DNA of 64,000 nucleotides from an uncultured virus (IMG/VR IMGVR_UViG_3300032288_003839) (lineage: Duplodnaviria > Heunggongvirae > Uroviricota > Caudoviricetes). Positions 1 to 10,423 of this stretch are shown one piece after another; the stretch's first letter is position 1, and the number at the start of each line of letters is the position of its first letter. The stretch is from IMG/VR virus record IMGVR_UViG_3300032288_003839. One strand, written 5' to 3'. Both the position numbers and the translations under genes were made by a program. The notes under the pieces were generated by a model. That model did not search any database. It was given only the letters and a program-made list of their open reading frames with translations, and was not told the origin of the DNA.

Positions 1-890
1 AACCAGATGTTCCAGAAGAACCAGATGTTCCAGATGTACCAGATGAACCACTTGTACCAGAAGAACCAGAAGACCCAGAAGACCCAGAAGAACCAGATGT
101 TCCAGAAGATCCAGAAGATCCAGAAGATCCAGAAGATCCACTTGTACCACTAGAACCAGATGTACCAGAAGATCCAGAAGAACCAGATGTACCAGAAGAA
201 CCAGATGTACCAGAAGATCCACTTGTACCGGATGATCCAGAAGAACCAGAAGAACCAGATGTTCCAGAAGAACCAGATGTACCAGAAGAACCAGATGTAC
301 CAGATGTACCATTAGACCCATCTATACCATTAACACCACTGACACCGGAAGAACCACTTGTGCCACTAGAACCAGATGATCCAGATGATCCACTTGTACC
401 AGAAGAACCACTTGTACCAGAAGAACCAGATGATCCACTTGTACCAGAAGATCCAGAAGATCCAGATGAACCAGAAGATCCAGAAGATCCAGATGATCCA
501 CTTGTACCAGAAGATCCAGATGAACCAGAAGAACCAGAAGATCCAGATGATCCACTTGTACCTGATGATCCAGATGATCCACTTGTACCTGATGATCCAG
601 ATGATCCACTTGTACCTGATGATCCAGATGATCCACTTGTACCTGATGATCCAGAAGAACCAGATGTACCACTAGAACCAGATGTACCGGATGAACCAGA
701 AGAACCACTTGATCCACTTGTGCCAGAAGATCCACTTGTACCTGATGATCCAGATGATCCAGAAGAACCAGAAGAACCACTCGTGCCAGATGAACCACTC
801 GTACCAGAAGATCCAGATGTACCAGAAGAACCGCTTGTACCAGAAGATCCACTTGTACCCGATGAACCAGATGAACCAGAAGATCCATCA
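1..890. repeat. Degenerate 9-nt tandem repeat encoding GSS/GTS tripeptides
   Basis: Repeated units such as ccagaagaa, ccagatgat, ccacttgta and ccagatgta. Confidence 0.95.
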
Positions 891-1207
891 AGACCACCTA
901 TTAACCAATTAGAACCATTACTAGTTAGGTATAAACTATTATATTGTGAGAGTGTTTTTGTTAGAGAACCGTCAATTGTTTGAGATGATGTGGTATTAAC
1001 TGTGATTATACCAGATCCGCTATTTTTTATAATATAGAATTTACCAGATACACCAACAGCTGTTGGTAGTGTTACACTAAAAGTACCCGAACAATCTATA
1101 TAATGATCGTCAACACTTATTGTATAAGTTGTATTTGTTGAATAATAAGGAAATGTTATTCCCCCTAAAGATATAATACCGCGTCTAGTGACGAATTCAT
1201 TAGCCAT
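1..1207 (-). CDS. Virion/tail-fibre protein with long (Gly-Ser/Thr-Ser)n repeat; runs off the window start
   Basis: Not in the ORF track because it has no stop in the window. Manual translation from ATG at 1207 gives MANEFVTRRGIISLGGITFPYY...SNGSNWLIGGLDGSSGSSG..., which stays in frame to position 1. A TTTATATATAC motif lies upstream. Confidence 0.8.
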   Translation of the reverse strand, partial: MANEFVTRRGIISLGGITFPYYSTNTTYTISVDDHYIDCSGTFSVTLPTAVGVSGKFYIIKNSGSGIITVNTTSSQTIDGSLTKTLSQYNSLYLTSNGSNWLIGGLDGSSGSSGSSGTSGSSGTSGSSGTSGSSGTSGSSGTSGSSGSSGSSGSSGTSGSSGTSGSSGSSGSSGTSGSSGTSGSSGSSGTSGSSGSSGTSGSSGSSGTSGSSGSSGTSGSSGSSGSSGSSGSSGTSGSSGSSGSSGSSGSSGSSGTSGSSGSSGTSGSSGTSGSSGSSGSSGTSGSSGVSGVNGIDGSNGTSGTSGSSGTSGSSGTSGSSGSSGSSGTSGSSGTSGSSGTSGSSGSSGTSGSSGTSGSSGSSGSSGSSGTSGSSGSSGSSGSSGTSGSSGTSGTSGSSGTSG

Positions 1208-1339
1208 CTATCAATTTTTTTCTTTTTTCACTCTCCAAAAGAAAAGTTATTTAAGCAGAATAATTCCACTTGTAGTATATATAAAATTGTAAATGTTTAT
1301 TTCAGAAAAAGATTGATAAAAAGAGATAAAAATTAAATA

Positions 1340-4279
1340 TTATCCATCTATAATTCTTAGACCGGTTTTAATAGTCCAAGTTCCTGATGTTACATTAGAT
1401 TGTAATGTAACATTACCGGTAATAATAGAAACATTAAATTCTATACCAGTTGTAGACCCATTCAAATCGGGAGTAGAAGTATCAGTAAACTGAACATTTG
1501 TGCCATCCCAAACAGCCATTACAGTACCACTTCTTCTTTGATTAGTAACACCTAAAACATTATAATCAAAATAACAACTATTTCCAGCAGAAGCAGTAAA
1601 TGATATTAATGATGATGTTCCTGTTGTAATACCAGTTGATTGACTGGTATTCATAATAAGTGGACCAACCATAGTCACTTTACCATCACCTTGAACCTTA
1701 AATGTATCTGTACCTGAACCATTTTGAACAGTTAAAACATTATCAGTATCAGAGACAGAACCTCTACGGATATTAACAGCACCTAAAGTAGAATTTGTTA
1801 ATATTTCTGGATTAGAAGCAGAGTTATCATAAGCACCTTGTAATGTAGTAGTAGAAACACCACCAGCAGATCCACCTAACAATTCACCAAACTTAGATAC
1901 AGCAGTAAATTGAACATCATTTGTATTATTTAAATCAGAAGCACCATTCTTAATAGTAATGATTCCAATAAGAATACCATTATCTCTGTTATTGGTATAT
2001 TCTTGGAAAGATTCTGCTAATATACCAGTAACTGCCTTTGATAATGTTGTATAAGTTTGTTGACCATATTGCACACGAACAACACCTGTAGGGAATAAGA
2101 AAACTCTTTGGTTAGTATATTGAGCACCACCAACAGAAGAAACGGTACCACCAATATCATAATTTGTAGCATCAATAAATGTAGTATTTGAGAACGAACC
2201 ACCTGTTTGAGTTCTATATTGAAAAGTAACCGGATTCTGTCCACCAATAGAAACACTATCTGGATTTAATTGGTCATTTACCCAATTAATACCATTACCC
2301 CAAAGTGAACCACCAGACATTTGAAATGATAAGTTAGTACCATTAGGTCTTATTGCAATCCCATCATTAATCAACTTAATAGGTGTCCACAGGTCACGAA
2401 GTGCTGAATATGGAGAAACATCAAAGTCTGGTGTATTATTAATATTCTGAATGATTGTTTTATCAGGATGCACTACTTTACCTAAGTAAATATTTTGTCT
2501 TCTTTCTTGAGGAGTAGGAAAAGTAGGTTGTAATATAAGAGAGGAAGTCGGACTTAATAAAACATAAGTAGCTGGATCCGAATTCAAATAAGGAGTAGAT
2601 AAACCGGTAGCACCAGCAAATTGAACATTAACAACATCTGGAGCGGTTGAGTAAGTATAAGTATTATAGACAATCCAACCTTTAGCAGCAGAAACACTGA
2701 ATGTTGTATTAGATATTTTTGTAATACCTGGACTATATTCATAAACTCCAGTTGAAATAACATTACCTTCTAAGATATTTCTTTCACTATTAGTTATAGA
2801 TAAATTTAAATCTTCATTATTAATATTAACATATAATCTACCTGTTGTAATTCCATTATCCACAACATAACCTATCTCATTTCTTCTTGAACTAAATGTT
2901 AGACCAGTAGGTAGTATATAACCACCAGGAGTAGTATCTGATAAATATAATAAATCACCAACTGAGTAAGAACTTAAATTAATATCTGTTAATAAACCAT
3001 TTGTTAAAACTAAACCCACACCACCATTTGGAATGACATCAGCTGCTAAACCAACCACTCTATTATCACCACTATGTGTAGATATAGCTAAAGAAACATT
3101 AGGTAAACCACCAGAAGCACTTAATATCTTAACTGCTGACCCTCTAGCAATTGCGAAACCACTTATGTTATTAACTCTTAAATATAATTGCTGACCAACT
3201 CTTACTACAACACTTTGATTGGTATCTGGGTAATAAGAAAGAGAACTCTCATTGTGATCAAAGTAAACTCTACCCGACTGAGTAGCAGGAACTGAATATG
3301 AACCAAAGTCCATGTAGTTAACACCTGCAATAACACCACCATTAACAGAAAATGTAAATCCGTCATATGTTAATCCAGAGTTAGCTAATGCTGAATTGGT
3401 AGAAGATCCTGTGGCTGTTAATATTCTATAGTTAGCCGGATTAATAATAGTATTAAATCCAGTACCGGATGTTCCACTTGTACCATTAGTTCCATCAGTA
3501 CCATTTACACCTGATAATCCACTTGTACCACTTGATCCACTTGTACCACTTGAACCAGATGTACCAGATGATCCAGATGTACCAGATGATCCAGATGTAC
3601 CAGATGATCCAGATGTACCAGATGATCCAGATGTACCACTTGATCCACTTGTACCACTTGATCCACTTGTACCACTTGATCCACTTGTACCACTTGATCC
3701 AGATGTACCAGAAGATCCAGATGATCCAGATGATCCACTTGTACCAGAAGATCCACTAGATCCACTTGTACCTGATGATCCGGAAGTACCAGAAGATCCA
3801 GATGTACCCGATGATCCACTAGATCCACTTGTACCAGAAGATCCAGATGTACCCGATGATCCACTAGATCCACTTGTACCTGATGATCCACTAGATCCAC
3901 TTGTACCTGATGATCCACTAGATCCACTTGTACCTGATGATCCAGATGTACCAGAAGATCCGGAAGTACCTGATGATCCACTTGTTCCTGATGTTCCCGA
4001 TGTTCCAGGTATAGAGGCTGTCCAAGTGGCAACACCATTAGAATCACTGATTAAAATATAATTAGGACCTTGAGTACCATCTTGTAATTGAAAAGCACCA
4101 GATTGAGTTGAATATATATGAAATTTTGTATTAGGAGAAGCAGTTCCAATACCTAATCTGTTATTAGTAAAATCCCAATGCAATTGATTAAAATTCTCAC
4201 TTACAGTGCTATTAGTTCCTAAGAATAAAATAGATCCTTGTGTGCCTCCTCTAATTTGTTTGATATTCAGTTGACTCAT
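1340..4279 (-). CDS. Tail-fibre/virion protein with a GSS/GTS repeat segment
   Basis: 979 aa; NRLGIGTASP fibre-type motif; about 185 aa of G-X-S repeats; Gly/Ser/Thr-rich beta-type body. Confidence 0.75.
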   Translation of the reverse strand: MSQLNIKQIRGGTQGSILFLGTNSTVSENFNQLHWDFTNNRLGIGTASPNTKFHIYSTQSGAFQLQDGTQGPNYILISDSNGVATWTASIPGTSGTSGTSGSSGTSGSSGTSGSSGTSGSSGSSGTSGSSGSSGTSGSSGSSGTSGSSGTSGSSGSSGTSGSSGTSGSSGTSGSSGSSGTSGSSGSSGSSGTSGSSGTSGSSGTSGSSGTSGSSGTSGSSGTSGSSGTSGSSGTSGSSGTSGSSGTSGSSGTSGLSGVNGTDGTNGTSGTSGTGFNTIINPANYRILTATGSSTNSALANSGLTYDGFTFSVNGGVIAGVNYMDFGSYSVPATQSGRVYFDHNESSLSYYPDTNQSVVVRVGQQLYLRVNNISGFAIARGSAVKILSASGGLPNVSLAISTHSGDNRVVGLAADVIPNGGVGLVLTNGLLTDINLSSYSVGDLLYLSDTTPGGYILPTGLTFSSRRNEIGYVVDNGITTGRLYVNINNEDLNLSITNSERNILEGNVISTGVYEYSPGITKISNTTFSVSAAKGWIVYNTYTYSTAPDVVNVQFAGATGLSTPYLNSDPATYVLLSPTSSLILQPTFPTPQERRQNIYLGKVVHPDKTIIQNINNTPDFDVSPYSALRDLWTPIKLINDGIAIRPNGTNLSFQMSGGSLWGNGINWVNDQLNPDSVSIGGQNPVTFQYRTQTGGSFSNTTFIDATNYDIGGTVSSVGGAQYTNQRVFLFPTGVVRVQYGQQTYTTLSKAVTGILAESFQEYTNNRDNGILIGIITIKNGASDLNNTNDVQFTAVSKFGELLGGSAGGVSTTTLQGAYDNSASNPEILTNSTLGAVNIRRGSVSDTDNVLTVQNGSGTDTFKVQGDGKVTMVGPLIMNTSQSTGITTGTSSLISFTASAGNSCYFDYNVLGVTNQRRSGTVMAVWDGTNVQFTDTSTPDLNGSTTGIEFNVSIITGNVTLQSNVTSGTWTIKTGLRIIDG
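3460..4010. repeat. Second GSS/GTS-coding tandem repeat
   Basis: Same 9-nt unit family as at 1-890. Confidence 0.95.
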
Positions 4280-4346
4280 TAATTAGCATAATTATATTTT
4301 ATCTTGTATATATTAATTAACTATAATGCTTTTTAATAAAAGAAAT

Positions 4347-4373
4347 AAAAAAAGGGAAGAAAACTTCCCTTTT
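4347..4373 (-). terminator. Intrinsic terminator
   Basis: aaaagggaag-aaaa-cttccctttt hairpin with a U-tract on the minus strand. Confidence 0.75.
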
Positions 4374-4394
4374 GAATTATAAAAATTTTATTTA

Positions 4395-5486
4395 TTAATA
4401 TTCGTAAATAATATCTACTTTATCAATTGTTTCTAAATTAAATCCAGATGTAGCAGCATTCCAGTAAAGTTCATCACCAGATGTAATAGCACTGAATGTT
4501 CTTACTATAATACTATCAGGACTAAAGTAACAATCAACCGATGAATATGTGCCATCACCTATTCTTTGTAGTTGACCATTAATAAAAACTTGAACTCTAG
4601 AATAATCAGTAGGAGTATAACTAATTGTTATTCCAGTTGGTGAATATTCATATAAACAAGATGCTGGTGTACCATATTGATAATAAGGTGTTCCACCACC
4701 ACCGATAGCTTGTAATTGACCTAAGTTATTAATTGTGATTGTAGTATTGTCTACAGAAACACTTAAAGTACCACCACTAAGAGTTAAACCAGGACCAGCA
4801 GTAAAACCAGCACCAATTGAATAATTAGATAATTTTTGACCGGTGTATTGAAAAGCAATAGCTCTTGGTCCACCAGTTGTTGGACTTTGTATATAAGCTT
4901 GTTTAGAAGGATTACTTAATGCACCAAAAGTAACAGAGTCAAATTGAAAACCCATACCATTGGATCCTGATGTATCAGCTGGTGTTTTATTTATTTCCCA
5001 TCTTATCAAACCAGCGAAATAGTCAACCTCAAAAAAGGCATTTCCATAGGAAATAACAGTTGTACCATCAGGTCTATACATACTAAGCTCATATCCTAAA
5101 GCAGGAAAACCATCACTTCTAACAACATCAGCTGGACTAATAAGTGGTTTAACCCATCCAGTAGATGGCTCAAAACCATCAGGTTGAGGGGTTGGTGTTC
5201 CAATATCTAAAAACCAGGTTTGATAATTGGTTTGTGTTAATGGATAAAGATATAAAGGATTTGAAGGAGTACCGTGTTGAGTAACTATAACATTATCAGC
5301 ATATTGAGAAGCAGATGCAAAGCTACCAGCATATTGAACTATATCCATCCAAACCTCATTCGATCTGACATTATGTGCACTTTTATATTTCTCAGCACCC
5401 GGTGAGTTTGAATTCTCTGTTAATACTTTTCCAAGTGAGTGGAAGAATCCAGCATTTGTTCTTAATGTACTACTATTATTAGGCAT
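4395..5486 (-). CDS. Putative virion structural protein
   Basis: 363 aa in the structural block; C-terminal domain resembles that of 8291..9298. Confidence 0.65.
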   Translation of the reverse strand: MPNNSSTLRTNAGFFHSLGKVLTENSNSPGAEKYKSAHNVRSNEVWMDIVQYAGSFASASQYADNVIVTQHGTPSNPLYLYPLTQTNYQTWFLDIGTPTPQPDGFEPSTGWVKPLISPADVVRSDGFPALGYELSMYRPDGTTVISYGNAFFEVDYFAGLIRWEINKTPADTSGSNGMGFQFDSVTFGALSNPSKQAYIQSPTTGGPRAIAFQYTGQKLSNYSIGAGFTAGPGLTLSGGTLSVSVDNTTITINNLGQLQAIGGGGTPYYQYGTPASCLYEYSPTGITISYTPTDYSRVQVFINGQLQRIGDGTYSSVDCYFSPDSIIVRTFSAITSGDELYWNAATSGFNLETIDKVDIIYEY

Positions 5487-5503
5487 TTCCTTTTAATTAT
5501 TTT

Positions 5504-5668
5504 TTAAATTTCACCATTACTTATAGATCTTAATCTATCGCACATTTTTTTAAATTCATCCTTTGTAAGGTTAAGATTGTAAAATTTGTTTCCAAATTGC
5601 ATAGAGACAACATAGATTTCATTACCATCCAGGTCTACAAATTGTTTATTAATTCTTATATCAAACAT
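5504..5668 (-). CDS. Small hypothetical protein (54 aa)
   Basis: Manual ORF MFDIRINKQFVDLDGNEIYVVSMQFGNK...SNGEI* fills the gap between two co-oriented genes. Confidence 0.6.
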   Translation of the reverse strand: MFDIRINKQFVDLDGNEIYVVSMQFGNKFYNLNLTKDEFKKMCDRLRSISNGEI

Positions 5669-5685
5669 ATTATTTAATTATTTTT

Positions 5686-8226
5686 TTATGAAAGGTCAAT
5701 ATTAGTAACCCAAAGCCCTCTACCTTTATCTGTATTTCTATATCCTATATATAACCAAACCTTAGTAGTGTAAGCAGTATAAGCTCCCTTATCGAATTGA
5801 ATTCTCTTAGAAGCTGATGGATTAGGATTATTTACATCTAAATTATATAAAGTAGCATTTGTTCTTCCTGGATTATCAGAAGTATTATAGTTACCAGTAA
5901 GCCAGAAGAATTTATCCGGAGTAGCATTTGATCCGGTAGAGTCATGTCCGACTAAAATTTCTAAATCACCTGAACCGGAACCATTGTTGAGAACACCATT
6001 ATAAGTCAAGAATTCTTCTCTAAAATTACTATAGAATGTAAATATACCATTTGTGAATGAAGAACCACCTTTTGTATATGAAGTAACAAACCATCTATGA
6101 TCTGTAAATGTCTTAGTTGATGTTGTAGGAGGATTTCCTAAACTACTATAAATAGTAAAGTTCTTACTAGCACCTGATAAGTTAGAATAGTTAACTGATA
6201 AAGTTGAGTTTATATATGGTAAAAAGCTAGTGTAATCTCTATTTGGGTAAACTACTCTACCCCAAATATATTGTAATTCATCGTTTGGTAGAGAAGCATT
6301 TGATGTAAATGTAGATGATCCATTAGTGAATACACCGGTAGCTGATAATCTACCAATCTCACCATCTATATAATTATTATTATAACTAGGTGTGGAAGGT
6401 GAAGAAGTATCAAATAACATCTTTTTAGCTGATGAATTTTGAGTAGTAACTAATGACCAGTCATAAATTCTAGAAGTAACATAAGACGCTGCTGTAGTTG
6501 AAATATCATTAGATGCTGTAAATGTACCCGGAGGAGAAGCTATAGGGTAGATAAAATCTGGTATATAAGCCCCAGCTGCAGTTGTTGTAGCTGTTCTTGA
6601 ATATGTTAATCCTGATTTATCCCAATTAATATTCCATCCAGTTATAGCTGAATATCCTTTAGTGCCATCAGAGTGACCACTTAAAGTTGTAGGTGAAGCC
6701 ATATTAGTAGTAATAAAATCAATCTGTGGAGTACTTGGAAATGTTATATCATTTAATAAATCAACAGTAGATGCGGTTAGAGCAAAAGTAGAACCTAAAT
6801 CATAAAAAGCAACGCCTGAGTAATAAACAACAGTTGCTGATAGTTCATCAAATATAGTAGTTCCGTTCAATCCAGCACTAGATGGAGTTAAATCATTATC
6901 CCAAAAATAACCATTAAGTGTAGAGAATGTATATTCACCAGGAACTAAAGGAGAACCAGCACCTGGTCCAAACCCACTATTATAATGTGTAACTTTCCAC
7001 CCAAGGAATTTACCACCATTTGGGAAAACTGTTGATAGATTGATAGAACCAGAAGCAGCAGCCTTATATCTATCACTATCAGGTCCAAAACTACTAACAT
7101 TTATTGACAACCCAGATGGACTACTATTAAAAGTACCTGTACCGGTTAATGATATTGTCATACCTCTAATCTCAACACCTGTAGAATCAAATAATTGAAA
7201 TTGTAAAGTTGTATTTAAGTCATAACAAGAAAACTCAGCCTCACTAAAAGCTGCTGATATTGTACTTGTTGCATTTCCTATAACAGGTCTTGTTGTACTA
7301 GCAGTAAAATCAGTAGATGGAACCCAAGTACCAGTATCATAAGATCCAGTACTACCAGGAGTAGAAACATAAGTATTTGATGTAGGATCAGCAATATATC
7401 TAGATGTCGCTGAAGTGTTCAAACTAGGTGAGAAATATCCAACATAATCTGGTTGAGGTATCCAAACTGTTACCGTAACTGGAGTATCTTGTGTAACTAA
7501 AACTGCTGATGCTGTACCAGGAGCCGCAGGTTTTGTAATAACACCACCTCTAAATATAATGTTTTCAACATTACTATAAGTCATACCAGTATTATAATCA
7601 GCAACAGATAAGTTAAATGATCCACCTAATGATGTAAATTGAACCCAAATAATAGGAGTAGTACCAATAATAGCAGTAGTATCAGGAGATGAAACAACCC
7701 AACCTTGGTCAGCGTAACTATTACCCTCTTTAATAAAACAATATTCTCCACCATCTACTTCAGAAGATGGATTACCATCAAAGTCAGTAGATCTAGTTAA
7801 TAAATTAGTAGTTGTATAATCATAAATACCATTTACCCAAGCGTCGGTTGATGAGTTAACAACAATTCTATCACCTGTACTAAATGATGCTGAACTTATA
7901 CCATCAATTGCTGAGAAAGAAAATGAAAGTGTAGCACCCACACCGGAAATACCATTACTATAAGTATATCCTACTTCAGTTGTTATATCACCTATATAAA
8001 TAACTCTAGCAGCCTCTTTTGGATTTAAACCAACAGCAACAGCATCAACATATTCTTTATTAACAACATCATTACCAACTAAAATATCAGCGGTTTCTCT
8101 TCTCAAGAATGAACCCGAAGAAAAACTCATAGTAGCAGAAGCAGTGAATGTTACTAAACCCGAACCACTTAATTTATCTAAAGATGTCGATGTATCTCTA
8201 ATTTGTTTACCATCCAATAAACCCAT
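5686..8226 (-). CDS. Tail-fibre/virion structural protein
   Basis: 846 aa; N-terminal VNKEYVD...GL..K..A and NGIY...LTRSTDFD motifs typical of fibre attachment regions. Confidence 0.7.
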   Translation of the reverse strand: MGLLDGKQIRDTSTSLDKLSGSGLVTFTASATMSFSSGSFLRRETADILVGNDVVNKEYVDAVAVGLNPKEAARVIYIGDITTEVGYTYSNGISGVGATLSFSFSAIDGISSASFSTGDRIVVNSSTDAWVNGIYDYTTTNLLTRSTDFDGNPSSEVDGGEYCFIKEGNSYADQGWVVSSPDTTAIIGTTPIIWVQFTSLGGSFNLSVADYNTGMTYSNVENIIFRGGVITKPAAPGTASAVLVTQDTPVTVTVWIPQPDYVGYFSPSLNTSATSRYIADPTSNTYVSTPGSTGSYDTGTWVPSTDFTASTTRPVIGNATSTISAAFSEAEFSCYDLNTTLQFQLFDSTGVEIRGMTISLTGTGTFNSSPSGLSINVSSFGPDSDRYKAAASGSINLSTVFPNGGKFLGWKVTHYNSGFGPGAGSPLVPGEYTFSTLNGYFWDNDLTPSSAGLNGTTIFDELSATVVYYSGVAFYDLGSTFALTASTVDLLNDITFPSTPQIDFITTNMASPTTLSGHSDGTKGYSAITGWNINWDKSGLTYSRTATTTAAGAYIPDFIYPIASPPGTFTASNDISTTAASYVTSRIYDWSLVTTQNSSAKKMLFDTSSPSTPSYNNNYIDGEIGRLSATGVFTNGSSTFTSNASLPNDELQYIWGRVVYPNRDYTSFLPYINSTLSVNYSNLSGASKNFTIYSSLGNPPTTSTKTFTDHRWFVTSYTKGGSSFTNGIFTFYSNFREEFLTYNGVLNNGSGSGDLEILVGHDSTGSNATPDKFFWLTGNYNTSDNPGRTNATLYNLDVNNPNPSASKRIQFDKGAYTAYTTKVWLYIGYRNTDKGRGLWVTNIDLS

Positions 8227-8290
8227 AATTTATTATTTATTTTTTAATTTATAGTGTATATATTATTTAAAAAATGTCTGTTTTTATTTT

Positions 8291-9298
8291 TTATACTAAA
8301 TAATGAACTGATATTCTCCAAGTTGTATACAAATCTATTCCTGCTATAGAACCGTTCCAATAAAGACCATCACCAGCTTGAACCGAATTAATTCCAACAA
8401 AATCTTTAGCAGTAGAGCCAGAGTCATTACTGAAATAACAAGAATTACTCATAGTGGATCCATCACCAACTTCAAATTCTTGACCATTAACATAAACTGA
8501 AATATAAGATTTATTAATAGGAACATTTGATAGTGTCAATCCTGTAAATTGACCATCACCAGTTGTATCATATGTCATAATAAAATTCTTATCAGCATTA
8601 CTCATTAATCCACCATTTATTGGATTAACCCAATTAAATATACCATTACTATCAACAGATAAAAGATATCCAGCAGTTGGACCACTAAGAGAACTAAGAA
8701 CGCTTGCTGTTAAACTATTTGGTAGAACAAATGATGAAACTGAAGGTCCAAAAATTGTATTTTGAACAGTATATCCAATTGTGTCACTATTGTTAAAACT
8801 AGGAGTAGCACCAGCTACAAAACTAACAAAGGCTAGAGCCCCATAATTAGAGAAAGATCCACCACTCAAAACAAGGCCACCATTTGCAATAACAACTTGA
8901 CCATAATTAACAAAATTTCCAGCTATGGTTAAATCACCATATACCCAATATTGATAATATTGAGGAACTAATATATTATCACTTGGCTCAATATAATACT
9001 TAACACTAAGTCCACCACCACCAGATCCACTAAATACTTCCCAGTTATTATTATTCATAATATTAGTACCACCTGGATTTAATGGATTATATTGAAGTTG
9101 ATATGTCTGATAGTCATTAATGACATAACACATCATACCCCACTCTCTTCTTTCTTGAATGATAGCATCTCTATCAGTACTAGATGTAGCGAAATGCAAA
9201 CCCCCCTTTATCTCAGTTGCGTAAGCAGATGCTATCGGCATTGTGTCCGTTAGTGGTCTAATCGCTGCTCCTACAAGTGTACCTACATTTTGAGCCAT
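8291..9298 (-). CDS. Putative virion structural protein
   Basis: 335 aa; RDAI..ERREWGMMCYV..D..TYQL module; structural block. Confidence 0.65.
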   Translation of the reverse strand: MAQNVGTLVGAAIRPLTDTMPIASAYATEIKGGLHFATSSTDRDAIIQERREWGMMCYVINDYQTYQLQYNPLNPGGTNIMNNNNWEVFSGSGGGGLSVKYYIEPSDNILVPQYYQYWVYGDLTIAGNFVNYGQVVIANGGLVLSGGSFSNYGALAFVSFVAGATPSFNNSDTIGYTVQNTIFGPSVSSFVLPNSLTASVLSSLSGPTAGYLLSVDSNGIFNWVNPINGGLMSNADKNFIMTYDTTGDGQFTGLTLSNVPINKSYISVYVNGQEFEVGDGSTMSNSCYFSNDSGSTAKDFVGINSVQAGDGLYWNGSIAGIDLYTTWRISVHYLV

Positions 9299-9315
9299 TT
9301 TTTAATTTTTATTTT

Positions 9316-10338
9316 TTAACTTATAGTGAATGCTGAAGCAGCACCATAAGTAGTATTACTTACCCAAACTTCATAATTCACAGTGATACCATACTGATTA
9401 ACAAATGGTGAATTTGTTCTAACATTAGTAAAAGCAGTATTTGGTAAATTATTTACAGTAAAGATAGGTGTAGTTGAACCAGCAAAGCTACTAGGCCAAG
9501 CAAATATTAAATACCAACCATTACCATCTATACCATCATATGTTTTAGTTTTTGATGTAGCCAATTCACTACCGTATAACTGACCATTAGCACCAGCCCC
9601 TGTTAATGATCTTATAACAGAATCTGTTGTTACAGTAGAGACTAGTGGTGCTAAACCTGGATTAGTAGTAAGATTTGGATTACCTATACTACTCAGGTTT
9701 ACTCTACCCCAATACCTTTTATTTTGCCAATATAAAGTTGCACTGGTTGAAGGAGTTGAAATTCCATCACCAGCTGACATATAAAATGTATTTGTTTGTT
9801 GAACTGATGAGTTTATACTAGCAACACTATATGTTCCAGGTACATTTGATTTTGTTCCGGCTTGTGAGTTACCAGTGGGAACCACACCACTACCATCTAC
9901 TGTTATAGTAGTAATTGAGGTATTTCCATTTTTTGTAACTGACCAGTTCAAATTTAATAAAGTACTATAACCAAACTCTCTTGGATTAGGAGCAGAAACT
10001 GATAAGGAAACCGATGGGGATACATATGGATAAAATATTCTATCTAAAACATCTTGAACAGATCCACTAAATGTAGAACCGGTAGGAACTCCACCAACAG
10101 CCACCGCTGTAGAAGGAAGTGTTCTATTATATGCAAAATTACCAGTTCCTATACTAGCACTAAGTCCAGATATTCTTTCCCATAAAGTAAATACAGAATC
10201 TCTAACATCCTTTGCTTGAATCTGATTAGCAGTATTATCAGGGAGTTTAACTAATAACTCCTGAATAGTACTATAACTATTAGCAGATGAACTACCACCA
10301 GTTGGTGCTGGAGGACCAGAATAGGTTCCTATTAACAT
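9316..10338 (-). CDS. Putative virion structural protein
   Basis: 340 aa Ser/Thr/Gly-rich; first gene of the block, after TTAATATATAA. Confidence 0.65.
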   Translation of the reverse strand: MLIGTYSGPPAPTGGSSSANSYSTIQELLVKLPDNTANQIQAKDVRDSVFTLWERISGLSASIGTGNFAYNRTLPSTAVAVGGVPTGSTFSGSVQDVLDRIFYPYVSPSVSLSVSAPNPREFGYSTLLNLNWSVTKNGNTSITTITVDGSGVVPTGNSQAGTKSNVPGTYSVASINSSVQQTNTFYMSAGDGISTPSTSATLYWQNKRYWGRVNLSSIGNPNLTTNPGLAPLVSTVTTDSVIRSLTGAGANGQLYGSELATSKTKTYDGIDGNGWYLIFAWPSSFAGSTTPIFTVNNLPNTAFTNVRTNSPFVNQYGITVNYEVWVSNTTYGAASAFTIS

Positions 10339-10411
10339 ATTTTAAAACGCATTTTCTTATATATTAAAAATATAAAATCTATAATCATTTTAGTTTCTAA
10401 TTATTTTTATC

Positions 10412-10419
10412 TATATTTG
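10412..10419 (+). promoter_or_regulatory. Bacteroidota-type -7 promoter element TATATTTG
   Basis: Matches TAnnTTTG, 4 nt before the ATG; recurs at 14343, 24489, 26824, 30527 and 39141. Confidence 0.65.
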
Positions 10420-10423
10420 TAAT

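Noticed and set aside
322..983. ORFs 322..897(-), 360..983(+), 376..675(+), 682..912(+), and likewise 3505..4047(-) and 3523..3759(+)
   Set aside because: These are off-frame or antisense shadows of the GSS/GTS repeat. The real frames start at 1207(-) and 4279(-).
1..4010. Repeat tracts as a CRISPR array
   Set aside because: They are 9-nt coding periodicity with no unique spacers, and no cas genes are present in the window.
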